A stretch of 64,000 bases of DNA. Source: Pocillopora damicornis. Its lineage: Eukaryota. The position numbers were made by a program, and so were the translations under genes. This document shows, in pieces, positions 26,001-54,018 of the stretch. Each line of letters starts with the position of its first letter. The stretch's first letter is position 1. The notes under the pieces were generated by a model that was not told where the DNA came from, did not search any database, and saw only the letters and a list, made by a program, of their open reading frames with translations. The stretch covers positions 124,001 to 188,000 of the forward strand of contig NW_020844410.1 of the NCBI RefSeq assembly GCF_003704095.1, given 5' to 3'.

Positions 26001-29000
26001 TCTGTCACGTCATTGTCAGGTGTGTAATCATGTATTTTCAAAGCATGCTGACACAGTAAATGATTTTATACGCGCTGACCAAAACAAATATGAAGTTCCT
26101 TGCATACATTGTCAAAATATGAGACTATAATTACTTCTTGCCAGCTCGTTGTCCCAGCCGATATATTGACAAATACAGAGTTATGTGACACAGGTTAAAG
26201 AAGCTTGATGATAGCTATAATCTAAAAAAAACCTTCGCTTCCCTTGAAGTCGTTATATGATTAGCTGAATTTTTCACGCATTTTGATTGGTTGTTACCCG
26301 TGATCTATGAGAAGATTGACGCATATATAACGTCACTGTCAACAACTTTTCCGCACGGAACCATGGAATCTAATAGAATCTATTTATTAATTAGTGCCAA
26401 GAGAATATATACTCTTGTCAATACATAATATGTGCAGTGCTTATTTTTCAGTGTTCCTTCTTCCAAGAAAAAATTAACTGTTGATATTCTCTTGCTTCTT
26501 GCCAACATAATGACAGGAAAACCACAGCATTGTTTCTATAACTAGCATGTTATGTAATTTTATTTCAAAGGGAGTTCACTGAAAAAGACCAAAAGAGAAA
26601 ATGCAATGGACGAAAAGAAGATTTTCAATGTCTGTAAGTACTTCAGTGTAACGAAAAAAAAAAGTATTATGTAGCAGCAAACTAACTCCATGTTAAGCAA
26701 AAAAGGTGAAGAATTGAATCCATATATGTGGACCTTAATGTTGTTTATTGAATCGCCATTTAATGTTCCTTGAGTGCGAAATTAACATCTTTGATTAAGG
26801 TGCGTTGTGAAAGAGTTAGCCAAGATAGATTTGCACACAAGATGGATGGGACGAATTTGATTACCACAAAAAATTCCAGGAGATCTTTTTTTCGGGAGGA
26901 AGGAAGATTTCGCGTGACCTACTCAAGAAAGGCCACTAAGGAGGCTATTTAAACCATGGTCTACTGTCTATTTCATAAATGAATTAGCTTACTGATATAG
27001 TTGCTGATCTATCACAGCGATCATTTTGACGCATTACAAGCTTAAAGCAGAAGGCGTTAAACAATGCTTGATGTCCGGGACCACACAGCTTACATCTGAC
27101 GTACTAAGACAGGTGTTGGCATTTGCACCGGATGATCAAGAGGTAACAGCTGTGTAGAGATATGCACATAAAAAATGACAAAACAGAATGATTAGATAGG
27201 AGTGTGCACACGTGCCCTAACTGAACAAGAATGGTTTAACGGATCACAAAGAATTGGGTATAAATGTTTTAGTCAGCGGCTAAAATGAGGATGAAAGTGC
27301 AAAACCCCTCTGTTTGGTTCTTAAAAATTCGGTTCATTTCATTTTTCTTAGCTTTAATTGGTTTGTGTGGACATGTTAAGGGCGTTTATGATTCAATATT
27401 TCATGACAAGTGACTGATTATGGAAACTAGAGGCAATTTTTCTTTTTTGCAAAGATTCACATTTACAGATGAGTCTTTTTTGCAAAGACTCACAGTTAAA
27501 AATATTTTTATTCATACAAAAACTTGAATCTTCATCCAAATGAATTTATATAACCCTGTCGGGCTACTTCACAACTACCATGTTCGTGCACTTTATTAGG
27601 CCCGAGCTTTGCGGAAAATGGAGAGAGAAAACGGGATTTCACTTGAGCCAGCTGAGCGATTTTATCTTCAGGTAACGGTATTATAAGAAAGCATATAGTT
27701 AGCCAGTTGAATACGTTTAAACGTGAGAGGTAAAGGCTGTTTGCTAATTGGGATTTATTTAACTTTATTACGCATTAAAAGGCAGGGCCGGGATTCATTT
27801 TCGATGGTCGCGTTATAACAATCTTCCACCTCTGTAGTGTTTATTGTTGGTTGATTGAAGGCAAGTCAAGACAGAAGCAATTCATGCTCTAAGGCAAAAC
27901 ACTTACAGACAAAACACTTACAGTAATTCATCCACTTTCCCCGCTGTTGGGAGAGTGGATGACGCTATCCGCTGGATAAATCTCTAGCCTACGGATAGCG
28001 CAGTATGTTTTGGTAACTCTTATCCGCTGGATAGCGTTATGCGACTTGTGAACAACTGGGCTCAAGAGTATGAAAGTATATCAGCAAAAGGCGTCACTCA
28101 CACTGTTTGATGGTAATGTATCTGAAATGTCTCTTTTGTCATTCCTAGGTTGCAGCGACTGTGCCTTCCTACAAAGCAAGACTCCGCACTGTTTTACTCA
28201 AAGCGCAGTTACAAGAAAGGATCGCACAAATCAAACCAGTAATAAGTGTATCCTTTTTTTGTTTCATATGATCCATAACTTCTCTTTCTTTCACTTTGAT
28301 AAGGCCTTGCCTTAAATTGATTTACGTCACTCCTGAAAGATTCAAGTCGAATATCGACTGATCAGAAACAGTGACGAATTTCTCCCGCTTATGAAAGATC
28401 GCAGTTCGTTTTCTGTAGCAAACTTTTTGAATCTACGAACATTCATGACAAAAATTCACATTTGATTTGTATTTCAGCATCTTGAAACAGTCATTACCGC
28501 CTGCCAAGAGCTTATGGCCTGTGAAAAACTCCCAAAATTCATAGAGGTACAAGTAAAATGTGCATATCTAAGCAAAGTCTTTTGTTGCACAAACATTTCA
28601 TGTCCATTTACCCACATCTATCATTCATACTTATTCTGCCAATTGTAGATGGTCTTGACCATGGGGAACATCATGAATGGTAGCCAAACCTCCGCCTTTA
28701 AGATAACCTTTGTTACAAAGGCAAGTTTGTTTATTTTGTTCCACTCATAATCTATTTTTACACGCCCTAGTTGACAAAGGAACTGAAAGCCGGCTGACAT
28801 ACCTCTTAGTACACGCACAACAATCTGTATTCACTTCGCGTTCATCCCAGGCAACTTATACAGCAGCTTTAAACATCAGTATATTAAATTGAGCATTTTT
28901 CGATGGAGTCTCCTAAAAAACAAAAACCAAATTAACAACAAAGGCCAATCAGAGAGACTTAAAATACCATTACGAGCCAATCAGAACTCAAAGGCAAAAC

Positions 29001-30719
29001 ACGCAAACCACCTAAAACGCGAGAAAACGTAGGTGATCAAGTTATGATTGTTAAGAATGTGACGCGAGTTTTTTGACCCAATCAAAGAGCAAAGGAAAGC
29101 GAAACCAATGCAAGCCCGGATCACTTCCGACAATAATTGAAAATTCCCTTCAACCATTTTTTTCCCAGCTGATGGATTACAAATCATCTTTGAACAAGGC
29201 CACTTCTATGTTAGACTACCTAACGCGAGTTATCATCACAAAATGTCCGCACATCGCCGCTTTGGGAGATGATCTCAGACACGTGGAAAAAGCATCAAAA
29301 GGTGAGGATATAAAATCATTTTCAACTCACGCTATAATTTGACACAAGAGATTATCTGTCACTGGTAAGGTTTTTTCCTTGTAACTAGCTAGCATTTCAT
29401 TCCCAATTAGTCGCGTACATTGCGTAAATGGAGCTTGACAGATTTAAAAACAACATTGATGTTCAATTGGAGAACGAGTTCTACGCCTTAGTTACCGTTC
29501 TCTGAAGCTCCACTACAGGTTACATTCCAGGCGATATGATTCTTTTGTAACCTTGTTTTCCCGACTTTTCAGTTCCATTTAATTCTCTTGACAAGGAAAT
29601 ATGCGAGCTGTCCGCAGAAGTTGAGGTAAAGCAATCAGTTTCCAGTTATCATTTGAAGTTCTTTGATTTTAAGGCGTTTGAAGCTGCCTTGTTGGAACTT
29701 TCGAATTCTTAGATGTTCATATATTTCAATTCACAGGTCCTTGAGGAAGACGTAGAGAAAATAAACAACGATAGTGTAGAGGAAGACTACTTCAGTGCAA
29801 GTATTGGAGTATCCTTAAAAGCTCAGTATAAGACTTGGACTGCTGNNNNNNNNNNNNNNNNNNNNNNNNNNNNNNNNNNNNNNNNNNNNNNNNNNNNNNN
29901 NNNNNNNNNNNNNNNNNNNNTACTGAATCTAACGGTGAACCTCACTCAAACTGAGCGCCTTTTCCTGGGCGCAGGTAGACTATTTTAGGATTTCCCTGGT
30001 ATCTGAGTTACGATATAGAAAACATCTGGAAAATTACGAATTAGATTTAGCAGGGTCTGTGAGTCACTGAAGGGCTACTCTTAAGAAAATGGAGTTATGG
30101 CCACTCAGTTTTTCGCGAAAACGTTGTGTTATAGTTTTGTGTAAGTAGTATTTTACCGTCACTGCAATAAAAGGGTACTATTTATTGCATACCGGAGCAT
30201 CTTTATCGAGCTGGACATAAGCAGCTGGAAGATCAGGTTGGGTAGTATGATAACCCTTAGCATAATTAGGGTTGGCACAAAATTCCTCATAATTTATTCA
30301 TATTTTTGTAGTGAGAAGTTATCATTCAGAGGGAGTGATTAATTCTCATCCTTTATCGAGTTAGGAATAAGAACTTGTGAAAAAAGCTTCAAGGTCAAGT
30401 CATACGAAGCTTTTCCTCAACAAACTTGTTAGCTTTTTGCTGTTTCGGCAAAGGAAGACCTTAAGGACGTGTTATCGCTTCGGAGGAATGCCAAGCGAAG
30501 CTTTAGCCTCCTTGTGCAGTACTTTGGCGAAGAGAGTGATAAACCGGAGGAATTTTTTGGAATCTTCGCAACATTCCTACGGCAATTTGAGGTATTCATC
30601 AATCTTAATGAATAACTGTACTCCTAAACTAGGTAGGACCCTAAGTGATTGTGATTGGTTTTGATCTTCACGATTTAAATTGTTTTTTTTTCCAGGATGT
30701 GTTGAAGACGTATAGATGA
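23079..30719 (+). CDS. Second formin (delphilin-derived FH1-FH2) with two predicted N-terminal transmembrane segments; 17 coding exons, ~495 aa
   Basis: Exons 23079-23118 (gccATG with in-frame TGA upstream), 24290-24344, 24437-24543, 24703-24780, 25347-25543 (FH1, RKLSWEQL..DTIW), 25941-26019, 26571-26633, 27018-27142 (NVSIIL), 27600-27671, 28149-28238, 28478-28546, 28649-28720 (GNIMN), 29169-29301 (KLMDYKS), 29573-29625, 29737-29808, 30433-30591 (YFGEE..PEEFFGIFATF), 30696-30719 (stop). Total 1488 nt, open throughout. The FH1-FH2 part is secure. The four 5' exons rest on splice signals and phase continuity only. Confidence 0.8.
25035..25260 (+). repeat. Interspersed repeat; second copy at ~36370-36575
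   Basis: Both copies begin tct(a/g)acccaaaccgcggttt..cgcaagca..tgg and share attct.catargagggytg.ttt and ttgacac.gttc..aaaaa. Confidence 0.7.
29809..30432 (+). other. U12-type (minor spliceosome) GT-AG intron
   Basis: Donor GTATCCTT at 29809. Branch-point-like TTTTCCTCAAC at 30411-30421, about 10 nt before the AG at 30431-30432, with no polypyrimidine tract. The flanking exons join in frame. Confidence 0.8.
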
Positions 30720-31399
30720 ATGTGCAACGCTGAGTCACCAAGAAAATAAATTTAAATTCAAAGTAACAAAGTGCCCATTGAAAGGGCGTTTAGTTTCAGA
30801 ACTGTTTATTGTATGTAAACAATCATTACTACATGCATATCTTCGAAAAATTTTACAAAATAAAGCAACTGCTTCTGTGCAGAAAAATTCATGGCAAATG
30901 CGTTTTTGGGTAAATAATTAAGTTGAATAAAGCTTGAATCTTCAAAGATTTTTTACAATGCTATAAAAAGCGAGTCTTTCATTGCGACAAAAATAACACA
31001 GCGACCACAATGAGCCACGAAACTCCTTTCCAGCAACGTCCAAAGAACGCAGAACCACATGTGAATTAAAAATTTGATCGACGCATTCCTCCTTTTAAAC
31101 TACATATAATGATTTCAATCCTTGCCGCTTTCATCATAGGGGGTAATATTTAGCTTTGTAATTTTTTTTTTTCTCTCTCGATGAGTATAAACCTGATCAA
31201 CACGTTGGAACGTAAAGGATGAGCGAAAATATAGCACTTCGGTGCCAAAGTCATGCAAAATAAATTATGGAGCTTTATTGTCACGAGCAAATGCTCGAGG
31301 CGAGATACAATACAGAGTCACCTCAGCTGCTGATTAACCAATTTCTCGCCAATATATTCAATATATATTCAATTTCTCGCCAATATATTCAAAACCCAT

Positions 31400-31502
31400 C
31401 GCTCTGACGAAGGGCTAACGCTCGAAACGTCAGCTTTTTTACTCTTTACGGTGGCTAATTAACGTTTTCAACCCAGTTGTTAACACTAAATTACCTGCTA
31501 TA

Positions 31503-31547
<45 letters not shown>

Positions 31548-31555
31548 TTTATTCA
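31400..31555 (+). repeat. Interspersed retroelement-derived repeat (ctctgacgaagggctaacgctcgaaacgtcagc type); partial copy at ~823-874
   Basis: The segment tttacggtggcyaatt.acgttttcaac.cagttgtt is shared with 823-874. The family assignment comes from recall of marine invertebrate repeats and is not verified. Confidence 0.6.
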
Positions 31556-31593
31556 AAACTGTGATTCGTCAGCTCAAAAATGTATCAAAGGAG

Positions 31594-31732
31594 AACCAAT
31601 CAGAGAGCTTTTTAGAGAGGTCAGGAAGTTAGAATCTAGAGCAACAAGCAATGGCAAGCTTGTGACTTCTACGTGCAATAGGTGAGATAGTTTTGATGTA
31701 TAATTCGCACGTGCATTGTGGCCGTATATAAC
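31594..31732 (+). promoter_or_regulatory. Putative H3 promoter: CCAAT box (aaccaatcag, ~31594) and TATA-like tatataa (~31725)
   Basis: Motifs lie about 240 and 110 nt upstream of the H3 ATG. Confidence 0.45.
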
Positions 31733-31812
31733 TTGGATAGCAATTCTGTTCCACTACCAAGAAGTTCCAGATCCTGCGTCACAGCAACTTTGTACGACTA
31801 TTTCACCAATAA

Positions 31813-32244
<432 letters not shown>

Positions 32245-33704
32245 TTGAACATTCTTGGTACTTTTTCTTCACTTTTTGATTGAACCTGTTTTGATTTCAT
32301 TTGCACATTTACTGTTACAAATTTATTCGAAGACACACATATACTGCAAGACGAGCAGATGTAACTTGAAACCGAGCAAAAACTTCATAATATAATCACA
32401 AATTTGTAACGTCTATGTACATAAAGCGTGTAAGATAGCGATGCAACTTCTAAAAATTCATCAGTGCTTAAGTTATTTGTACATAGAAGCATCTCGTTTG
32501 CGTTCATTTTATCCTTCTCATTGTATCAGACGAGTGTAATAAAACTATTGTCAATTAATTTTTCTGACTCGTTCAATATTAACTATAAAAAAAAATTGTC
32601 TGACGTGAATGGTTATCACCAGCCCGATTTGAGGACTAATAGGACAGTGTGCGCTTCATGCTTGTAATTGGACAGTAATAGGACAGTCAAGGGACAGTTA
32701 ACACGTCATGCCTGTATAAGAAGACAGAACGCTTCATGTGCGCGCTCTGTTGTCTCGCATTTCTTCGAGTTAAATGTTTTTTATTGAAAACGTACGACCG
32801 ATTTCTAGTTTCTACCTCAAATTCCATCACAGTTTCGATTAATTGATAACCGGACTTCGTGTCGTCCAATTGTCTGTAACTCGTGATTAACAAATCGGAC
32901 GAAATCTTCACGATAATTAACTAGATTGCGCTATCTCTTTCCCTGATTTCCCTTGCTATCAAATCAAATAAATTAGAGGCGAAGCATTGAAAAATTAAAG
33001 GAAATTATGGAGAGGGCTACTAATTATCCAGGGATAGCTTTTTAACTATAGGACCGCCGTGCGATTTTACTTTCTCCGATCAAAAATCTTGGAACAAATA
33101 ATTTTTTTGTTTGTAACAAACTTTAGCCCTAAGCGGTTCAGCCCTAATTCAAATCGAACTCTAGAGAAGCGCAAGATGTTTTTTTTATTTTGGTTTTCAT
33201 TACATGTAAAGAATGTACGGGCACCATCATGTGAAATAGAAATATTCCAAACACTCGCACACATGCAGGTTACCTTGCATTTTACGATGTTAGCTTCTTT
33301 TCTTTAAATAAATAAATTACAGATATTAAACAAATTTCTTCAGAAATAAAATGATGTTCTCATGAGAACGATATGCCTAAATTAAAGCAGCTCGTGTTGA
33401 CATGATTACGAGTACTCCTTGGCAAACTGGTAAAGATAATTCTTGGCTTTTCTCCGGAAATAACTGATCTGTAAAGCTTTCCAGTTTACGAAAAGACCCG
33501 TACACAAGAGCAGTGACTTGTCCATCTTCAATACTTTTAGTCGGAACATTTTGCAAACGTACAAGCGCCGTAATTAGAGACCACCAAGATTTCGTATGCC
33601 ACCTGTTTTTAAGTCTGTTTACCGATGAAAATCGGCCTCCTCACAGCAGATGAACCGGTGGACTGTACATCGTTTCCACTGACATGCAGCTACCTTATGA
33701 AGTT

Positions 33705-42408
<8,704 letters not shown>

Positions 42409-42999
42409 CTAAAACGTCAAAAAAAGTTATCTATTAAAAAAAAAAAAAAGAAAAACTACCTTAACACTATAATGAAATAGTTTTGAGAGAGAACGAAAGC
42501 TATAAAAAAATNNNNNNNNNNNNNNNNNNNNNNNNNNNNNNNNNNNNNNNNNNNNNNNNNNNNNNNNNNNNNNNNNNNNNNNNNNNNNNNNNNNNNNNNN
42601 NNNNNNNNNNNATTGTGTAAACATTAAATACTATAAGTAATAAGATAAATTGCAGTTAAGTATATACTACACGTGATTCTGATATTTAATAGTACAAAAA
42701 TTTCCAAATCTAATAGATCTTGAGGAGGTAGGTACAGACACAGTTCTTCCTGCCCTAAGGGCATATGGTCTTGAAAATTGACATTGCGGTACTAAATTTC
42801 GCAGTAGGTCAGAAGAGTAGTAACTCCGCTGTAACTTAAGTAACTTGTGCTAATTAACACCAAATTGCACTCAAAATCATGTTGTTACCTATACCTAATA
42901 AATGAGGATATAGTGACCACTCAGAACTGAGGGTGTGACAGGTTTGTACCAGCTCTGTACATTTCATAATGAATGCTTCTTTCCATACATTTCTTGTAG

Positions 43000-45240
<2,241 letters not shown>

Positions 45241-45350
45241 TGNNNNNNNNNNNNNNNNNNNNNNNNNNNNNNNNNNNNNNNNNNNNNNNNNNNNNNNNNN
45301 NNNNNNNNNNNNNNNNNNNNNNNNNNNNNNNNNNNNNNNNNNTTACTCAC

Positions 45351-49185
<3,835 letters not shown>

Positions 49186-50504
49186 TTTTTATTTGGATCC
49201 AGTTACCAGTCCCACTCGGTTACCGCGTAGATACTTTAGTGTGAACTCGGCATATATAAAAGGGTTTTAATTTTGACGAAGTAATCTTCCTTTTTAATTA
49301 AACAAATAGGTAACTGACGGCGAGGGAGGTAGTTTTTTATGCTTTCTTTTAATGACAACTAGTTATAGAGCTTTGTGCAGCTGAGATGTCAAGTTACACA
49401 TCATTTTTTTTCTTGTTATTTGGTAAATTAAAAACACGTCATTCAGAAAACTTGTGAGCAAACAACACAAAGCAGATACGGGATGAAAAAGAGATGAAAA
49501 TAGAGATATAAGTTGCACATCCTCCTCATTTTCCATTATTTCCTTTCAATTAGTCATTTATATGGAAAGCCTACCGCAAGAGAGAGATCTTAGATGAAGT
49601 CTTTTTAAAGTCAGCGCACGATATAATAGATTTATTGAAAAAAAACCACGAAATGTGCTATTGTCTTTTTATCCGTATCAGTTGCTGGTAAGGGCGAAGA
49701 TTGTGAACAAAATGTCCGTCATTGTAGCAAAATCTCAAAATATAAATTTCGCCTTAAAACGTTCTTTCGAGCTGAGTGTTATCCATGCATTGTATTAAAA
49801 GCGGTTGGCAAAAATCGAAAATTGAAATGTCCTGTAGATCTTTATAAAAGCAGACAGTCAAAATACTCTTCGCCCTAAAATAAGTCGTGTATTAACATCT
49901 CAAACGAAAACTCTCGAAACAATCAAATGGCTTTCAATCAGTCCGGTAGTATCCGTCCGTTTTAAGGACCAATGTCTTCAGAAGAGTAATTAAGATCGAA
50001 AGCTAAGCCTACATCCTTTTTTCAGAGAAATTGAGACCTAATTTTAATTTTAACACACAAAGGAAACCCTTGTCCAACGCAGTACAACCCAATCGGCGGT
50101 TAGAAATTAAAACATTGAAAGATACACCTTGGTCAGTTTTTGTTTTCACAATCTGTTTGATTCCCACGCAAGCAGCACGCGACCGCGTAAATTGCTACCG
50201 GGGCCTGCTTATTAACTGCTATAAAATAATATTAACAAATGAGGCAGTACAAGTGTTAACCGGAAATTTGATAAAATATATAATAGCACACGTTCATTGA
50301 GTCCAGTGTAAGAAATCTTTCCTTGCTAAGCTGAGAATACTGAAACATTATGAAGAATTCTCCCGTATGGAAATTTACCGGAAAATCAGCTTTGCCAAAT
50401 AAATACACCTTTTTCTGTTTTAGAACTGAGAAGTGAATAAGCTGTCACCCAGGACAAAAAATTGATCATTACTCTGGCTGACTAATTATTTTTAAGGCTG
50501 GCGT

Positions 50505-51416
50505 TTAAGGTAAAGGCAATTTCCGCACAATTAACATCACTTTAGAACGAATTTCTCTAATTCGCCAACAGTAGACGAAAGGATTTATCGAAGAATTAAG
50601 AAAAATCACAACAGATGTTAGGTTTGTTGATAACACAACTGGGGAGCTATATCCAAACAATGCTACCGCGATTATGGCACAGAGATAAGGAGTGTAACAT
50701 GCTACAAGAAAACCGAAAACTGCTAGCATACTGTTTACAGATCTACGGTACAGCATCATGTTCAAAGTCTTTCGAGGTTGCCTTGTGGAAGCCTCGTTTG
50801 TTATTCTTGTCTTTAGAGCCCTCAGAGTTCGATGTATTCTAAAATAGCACGAAGACGTTATGACAATGCAGGAAAAGCCAAGAATTATGGCACTGATTTT
50901 ATTGATTTGGATATTCCACATTCGGGAGACCGCCCAGATAGAGCTGCCAATCCACAGGAGTACTACAACCAGAGTGACTTTTTTCACGGTTATAATCAGT
51001 CTGTGTCGTATTCCGAGTCTCAACGCCAGATATCTTTCAATGCTTATTACTGTCGTGGTTGTAAAAGACACGGCACAGAAGAAGTAGGCCACGGCAGCAT
51101 AAAACGGCTGAATTGTACAAAACAATCCAAGATTACCATGGAGAGCACCCAAACCTGTGGCAACTTGTAACGGTTGAGCGACCATACCAACTCCAAAATC
51201 AGACAGAGCTAAGCTGTAAAAAAGAGCTTTGGACGACGAGTAGATCGTGCGGCACTGGAAGAGGGCGAGTAAAATTATCGAATTTCCAACAATCGCAGAA
51301 ATAGAAAAAACTACATTTGCAATGCACAAGAACACGTACCAATGACGAGGCGATTTGCGTATAAACTGGTACTCACGAAAATCTTGATTAGAGCAAGAAG
51401 TATTAAATACCTCCAT
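50505..51416 (-). CDS. Intronless class A (rhodopsin-like) GPCR, 303 aa, cnidarian melanocortin/adenosine-receptor-like family
   Basis: Seven hydrophobic segments with GN (TM1), SLALSD (TM2), ERY (TM3), W (TM4), CYTP (TM6) and NPFVY (TM7). Confidence 0.93.
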   Translation of the reverse strand: MEVFNTSCSNQDFREYQFIRKSPRHWYVFLCIANVVFSISAIVGNSIILLALFQCRTIYSSSKALFYSLALSDFGVGMVAQPLQVATGLGALHGNLGLFCTIQPFYAAVAYFFCAVSFTTTTVISIERYLALRLGIRHRLIITVKKVTLVVVLLWIGSSIWAVSRMWNIQINKISAIILGFSCIVITSSCYFRIHRTLRALKTRITNEASTRQPRKTLNMMLYRRSVNSMLAVFGFLVACYTPYLCAIIAVALFGYSSPVVLSTNLTSVVIFLNSSINPFVYCWRIREIRSKVMLIVRKLPLP

Positions 51417-54018
51417 TTAAAAACTGTTTGTAAAATTGCTTGATCGCCTTGCGTTTCCGGAGAATATTACTTCGAGTTTTAGAGGCTTGGGGAGCTTGCC
51501 AGTATGTTCCCATTAAAATATTGTGCCTGATATTGAGCCTTGTCGCAGTTTTACTGATAATTTGAAGTTAAGTTAAAAATCTATATACACCCAACGATGG
51601 TTTTTCTATGTCAACATGAACAAGGGAGATGTCAATCGTGCCAATCAGACTCAAAGCTTTGACTTCCAACTGAAAGGAAAGTAAACATTAAGCCAGCTTT
51701 GTTTTACTTTACTTTGGCGTTCCGGATTACAACCCAAAAGAAATAAATTTATCTCGACAATGAAGACAGGGAGGTGTATTATTCTAATTGTACTAAAGAA
51801 GGCGTTCTATTTACCGCGCAGACACCAGTTTCTTTGGATTCAATGAACAAATGTTTGCGACTTCGCAAGAATGAATATTCTGTGAATTGCAAAACGCTGT
51901 AGCTCTTGCTAAGTACTGTATAAATTAAGTCTAACTGTATTCATGAGAAAATGAAAAAATGATCGTCAATTAATAATTTTAATATACTTTTTTAAATTTC
52001 TCGCGAAATGGTCCGCTTTGTATTTTACAGCACGCGTAAAAGCCAGATCTGATTATGCCGTTCTGACGCATCTCATTAGAGATTCAATATAGAAATGACG
52101 TTTTTCGTTTGTTCAAGTTTATTTACAAAAGAAAAGTGTTTTTGCTTTAAAATAGAAGAGTTTTGAAAAAGAGAAGTATATTTCAGAATCAGAGGTTAAT
52201 TATAACACAGTTTTACTTCACAAAAGATGTTTTTGACATTAATAGCATTATGATATGTAAGGCCTGAGGGAATTGCTAAATCTATCAAAAAACCTTGTAG
52301 CTTACGAGTAAGCACATTGCCCATACAGACGTATACTGATATTTTTTTTAGTCCCACGCTCCAACCAATGCTTGACATCTTACTTTATTAGAAAATCTCC
52401 ATTTCTGCCCTAATACTCTTTTGAAAAAGTATCCTTCACCAAACGTATTGAAGGTGACCCATGAGAAGAGTGCAATTGCTTATGCATGCTATACAGCACT
52501 TGAAACAGCCCATTTTTATATTGTCCGTTTTTGTACCAGCCAAAATGTTGTTCAGTCGTGGTTCAAAGTAATTCTTCTCACTATATAATTTTCATGGGCT
52601 CCTGATTATTTTAAATATTTTTCAAAGTTTGAAAAAAAATGACGTAAAAGAAGGCTCTCGTATATGATAGCTTCCCACAGCCTTGGATCTGCTTAGGGAT
52701 AAAAATAAAGATTGCCACCTGTCTTCACAACAAATCTGCAGCTCATGTGCTCTGTCACGGATGATTTTTTTACTATTGCTTTTACTCCTACATTTTGCAA
52801 ATATTTGACGCAAATTTCCCCTCTCCATATTGCTTACACCAGCCGTCGCTGTTAGAAATGAGTTAGTAAAAAGATCAGTTATATCAAGGTTGCATGTATT
52901 TGTATGACGCACTGGCTATGGACGGGGTAACACAATTAACACGCGCATGCATCGGTGGATAAATATCTGTTCCACTTTTTGCAAAAACCAGAGAAAGTGA
53001 TGCCAGGCAACATTTCCACAAATAAATACAGCAGTTACACGTTCATTTTTGAAAAAAATGACGCAGATCATCCCTATTCATTCGCGGAAGCGCTTCCATT
53101 AAACTTGGAAGGACATATCAGCAGGAAAACTGGCCGCCATGTTGTCTTGCCTCTACTTATCAAAGAGGAGAGATCAGATGAGGACCGATCCTCGTGACTA
53201 ACCATTATTGATATACCAACCAAAAACAGGATGGAACATGGATATTCTGTTGGGAATCTGCAGTGAAAATTACCGCGTAAATCCGTCGCGGAAATTGCCG
53301 TTTAAAACAGTTCAGTTTTCCCAATAGATCGCCACAAACATTGACAAACAAAGATCAAAGTCACAGCGACTTTTTACCGAAACTTGTTCACACACAGAAA
53401 TAAGCCTTAAACATAAACTTTGGCTATGGTAACTTCTACCTCAGAATTAAGCACACATTACGGTCTTTGGTAAAAACTTCAATTTTGGAAACTCACAATT
53501 TAAATTGTATAATGAGGTAAAAAAAAACCGCACGCTCTGAGATTAAACTTAATTCACGATAACTCGTTATAAAAAGTCATCACGTGCATTTTCCAAACTT
53601 TAATCACGGTCATCAGGGCCTCTGTGGTCATTTACCAGTCAACCTAAATGTAACGTGAATATGTATTATTTTTTGTGCGCATCACCGGACTGTAACAATG
53701 AAGAAAGTGAAGGGAAACTTATATTATTCCTAAAGCAGAGCAAATGAATTTTGATGAAAATATATTCAATTGCCTTGAAATTCGAAATCAATCGGAACCA
53801 GCACGTACGCAATTATGTTGTCATCTACAAACCCACACAATGGTGGACATCTATTTCTATAATTTCTTGCCGTGCTGATGTACATTAATTAAAGCCCGTG
53901 CCAAGTTATGTCAAATATTTCAAGATCTTCATTTGGGGTCGTATAGAAAATAAAAATTTGCACAAAACCGCAACCCTATAAAGAAAACACCTGTTCAGAC
54001 TCAAATCAAGATTTTAGA

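Noticed and set aside
28248-28258. GTATCCTTTT U12-like donor 9 nt downstream of the GT donor in the TM formin
   Set aside because: The paralog's intron position matches the upstream GT, and the acceptor at 28477 lacks a U12 branch site.
52190-53200. Possible decayed gene or transposase on the minus strand (aacATGGCGGC start context, short ORFs)
   Set aside because: Many stops and no motif I can identify. It needs a BLASTX search.
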